From the human T2T-CHM13v2.0 reference genome, Homo sapiens: a DNA stretch of 64,000 bases. The stretch lies in NCBI RefSeq assembly GCF_009914755.1, contig NC_060942.1. One strand, written 5' to 3'. Shown piece by piece: positions 59,743 through 64,000 of this stretch; position 1 is the first letter of the stretch, and every line of letters begins with the position of its first letter. Position numbers and translations under genes: made by a program. Under the pieces are notes generated by a model. It ran no database searches, was not told where the DNA came from, and was given only the letters and a program-made list of their open reading frames with translations.

Positions 59743-60790
59743 TCAAGACAAGCCTACCTTAAATCCCATCCAAGGGGCTATAAAAGTGATTACAGCTCCT
59801 ACATCCTGAAATGTCTTGTGCAAACTTGCTGGAAGGCATTCTCATTACCCCAAACCAAGGACAAAGTAAAGTCAGCCCCCAGCAAGTGTCTATTCCACTT
59901 CAGGTGAAAGCAACAGCTGTACTCTCTCCATTTTTATTAGTAAAGTGCTGGAAATGGCTAACTACTTCTGTTCTAACTCGTTTATCAACATCCCACAATC
60001 CCAAATAATGACTCTTAGGTTTCTTTTCTGTTGTTTTCTCACCAAAAAGCCCAAAGTGAAGGTCCTAGGTCTGGGGCACTCTTGTTATCTGAGCCAGGAA
60101 ATTAATTCACTGTGATTTACTCTAATGCACCCAAATGTGCAACTGTGGCTGGTGATTGTAGAATAATGTGACTTTTCACAGTTAACTCGTGACCCTCTCA
60201 GTAGGCACATGTTCAAAATGAGTATAAGTGCAGCTATGTTATTTACAGCTTACATGGCTTTGATAACACTTTGTTCATCTTATTCTGTAGATCGCATTTA
60301 ACTCTGCAACGCGTAGTAGCACCTCCAGAGGAAAATGCGAGGGATCTTAAATCTCCTTTTCTAACACAGTTGCAAAGGCATATTAGAGCTCATGTTATCT
60401 CCCCTAGAACATATTCAGCTCAAGATAGTATTTTGCAAGGTTTGAGCTGAAAGATTTCTGGAATGATCCAAAGCAGTGCTTTGAGAAATATCTGTGGGAA
60501 AGACGAATTGTTTTTGTTTTGCTTTGCTTTTTTACAATCTATAATCCATTGCCCATTGAAACTTAAACATGATAAAAATGAGTTATGAGAGAAATTTAAT
60601 GAAAAAGGGCATAAAAATATAAGCCCCAAATTTTAAATATTAGATACAGCAGACATCATAAAATTACTCTGTCAAGTTGCCATCAGAGTTTCTAAATGCT
60701 TACTGTCAATTTCTGGACTCATTCCCTCAAAGACCAGAAATAAATTACAGATAGACACCTTCCTCAGATCACAGTTTAAGTATACTGTTA

Positions 60791-61457
<667 letters not shown>

Positions 61458-61544
61458 TATGTGTTGAGAACAGACAAGGACAGACTATAAGGATCACCCA
61501 GCTCTGATATGCAATAGTTCTGTGTCTATCTTAAGACCTGGTCA

Positions 61545-62238
<694 letters not shown>

Positions 62239-63407
62239 ATGGTGTAACACTGCCTCATGTTGAACAGAGCTGCCAAGGCCGAGAGTTCCTTTTGTGGGCT
62301 GAACATCCTTCGACCCTTAAATTATGACCCCAATTGTATCAGTATCTGGTTCAAGAGCACAGCTGACTGTATCTACTCTGTTGATGAGCACACAAATCAC
62401 AGCTTTCCTATCTGGTCCCTGAAGAATGGATGCCTTGCTGCTCTGATTAATTATGCATCAGTTAATTAATTTGTTGGCTTTAGTGAATTGAATCAATTAC
62501 TTTAAATGGCTTTTAATTGTTAATATATGCATTATAACAGAAGACAAAAGCTGTTAATAGAATTCAACATGAAAACCTCCCAGGACAGAGGATGGCCTTG
62601 TAAAATAAATTATTTAAAGTTTCCCAAAGAGTCCTTGTGACTTCCAAAAAGCCAATAGTATTTAAGGCAATATGGAATTCTGTTTGAGAGTTCTTTTTGG
62701 AGTAATTCTAAACAAATACAGATGGATAAGGTGTGAGGATTTATTGAGAGGCGATTGTCACCCACATAATCAGTCTCTAAGCTCCTGCATGTAGATGTCC
62801 TGGGAAAGCTAGAAGGCCCCATGAGAGCAGGATTACTGCTGATGGAAGTGTAAACCTCATCTAGAACCCTGATTTATAGGTGAGGAAGCACTAAATGATT
62901 GTCAACAACTCTGATGAGTGGCGTAGAGGGTTCTCTGTGTGTTGCTGCTAGATTCTCTTTCATTTCAGGGAGGAAGCCAACTAAGCAGTGGGGTCTGGGA
63001 AACAGTGGGCTGGGGCGGGGGCAGGGGGACCCTCCAAGTCTTACTATCTCTTCTCACCCAGTCTGGAAACCCAGAACCCAGAACCCAGTGGCAGAAAATG
63101 ACATCCACACAGCTCTGCATCTGCATGGGCAGCTCTGGTTGGGGTGGGGGTGACACACATTCCCTCCCACTTCTGCTCTGGGATTTACTCCATGCGCTGT
63201 GAGAGGAAGAGGGCAGAGGGCAAATTAGACGCTGGTGTCAGAACAGTGAGCAAATTCCTCCCCTAGGTACCTTAATCAGCAGTCACAGAGAAGATCTTCA
63301 ATCATGAGCCAAAGTAGCTCCTTGGCTAAACTTGGTAGACGGTAATATTTTTACGCGAAGATCAGACCTAGTCTGTAAGCAAACCTCAGTTTCAAGACTG
63401 ATTCCTG

Positions 63408-63704
63408 TGGTGGTTAATTGGTGCAAAAAATAGAAAGAATGAATAAGACCCACTATTTGATAGCACACTTGGATGATGGTAGTCAATAATAATTCAAATG
63501 AATATTTTAAAATAACTTAAAGAATGTAATTGAATTGTGTGTAACTCAAAGGATAAATGCTTGAGGGGATCAATACCCTGTTCTTCATGATGTGATTATT
63601 TTACATTGCATGCCTGTATCAAAACATCTCATGTACCCCATAAATATATACAACTACTATTTACCCACAAAATTTCTTATAAATAATGAAAAACATTAAA
63701 AAAA
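63408..63704 (+). mobile_element. 5'-truncated L1MA2/3-like 3' end
   Basis: AGAAAGAATGAATAAGAC..GTAACTCAAAGGATAAATGCTTGAGGGGAT..CATCTCATGTACCCCATAAATATATAC; TSD AAGACTGATTCCTG/AAGACTGATTTCTG. Confidence 0.9.
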
Positions 63705-63792
63705 AAGACTGATTTCTGCTTCTAAAAACCCTGTTGCTGATGTCCAAAAGAGGGTTGTTGGTAATCCAGAGAATAAAATTGGGAGAATATCA

Positions 63793-64000
63793 TTTTTTTT
63801 TTTTTGAGACAGAGTCTCTCTCTGTTGCCTGGGCTGGAGTGCAGTGGCATGATCTAAGCTCACTGCAACCTCCGCCTCTCAGGTTCAAGTGATTCTCCTG
63901 CCTCAGCCTCCAGAGTAGCTTGGACTACAGGTGCCCACCACTATACCCGGCTAATTTTTATATTTTTAATTGAGACGGGGTTTCACCATATTGGCCAGGC
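63793..64000 (-). mobile_element. Alu (AluS), cut by window end
   Basis: Poly-T, right arm, linker and start of the left arm. Confidence 0.93.

Overview
Non-coding great-ape (human-like) genomic DNA, intronic or intergenic. It holds about 33 Alus, L1s ranging from young L1PA2 to old L1M, MaLR/ERVL/ERV1 solo LTRs, L2/MIR relics and DNA transposons, including a full-length Tigger2. No protein-coding gene is supported: the ORF-track entries I could trace map to Alu, L1, L2, Tigger2 or low-complexity DNA, and none of the rest resembles a protein I recognise. The most notable items are two tailless small-RNA retrocopies on the minus strand (a ~135-nt H/ACA snoRNA SNORA48 copy hidden inside an old L1, and a 35-nt U2 snRNA 5' fragment with a 13-bp TSD). 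Also notable are a twin-priming-inverted L1PB, a tightly packed inverted-Alu triad, a MIR hit by three successive insertions, and several nested-element stacks. I found no credible evidence of a new biological system. Repeat subfamily names and the snoRNA identity come from recalled consensus sequences, not database searches, and the boundaries of old elements are approximate.
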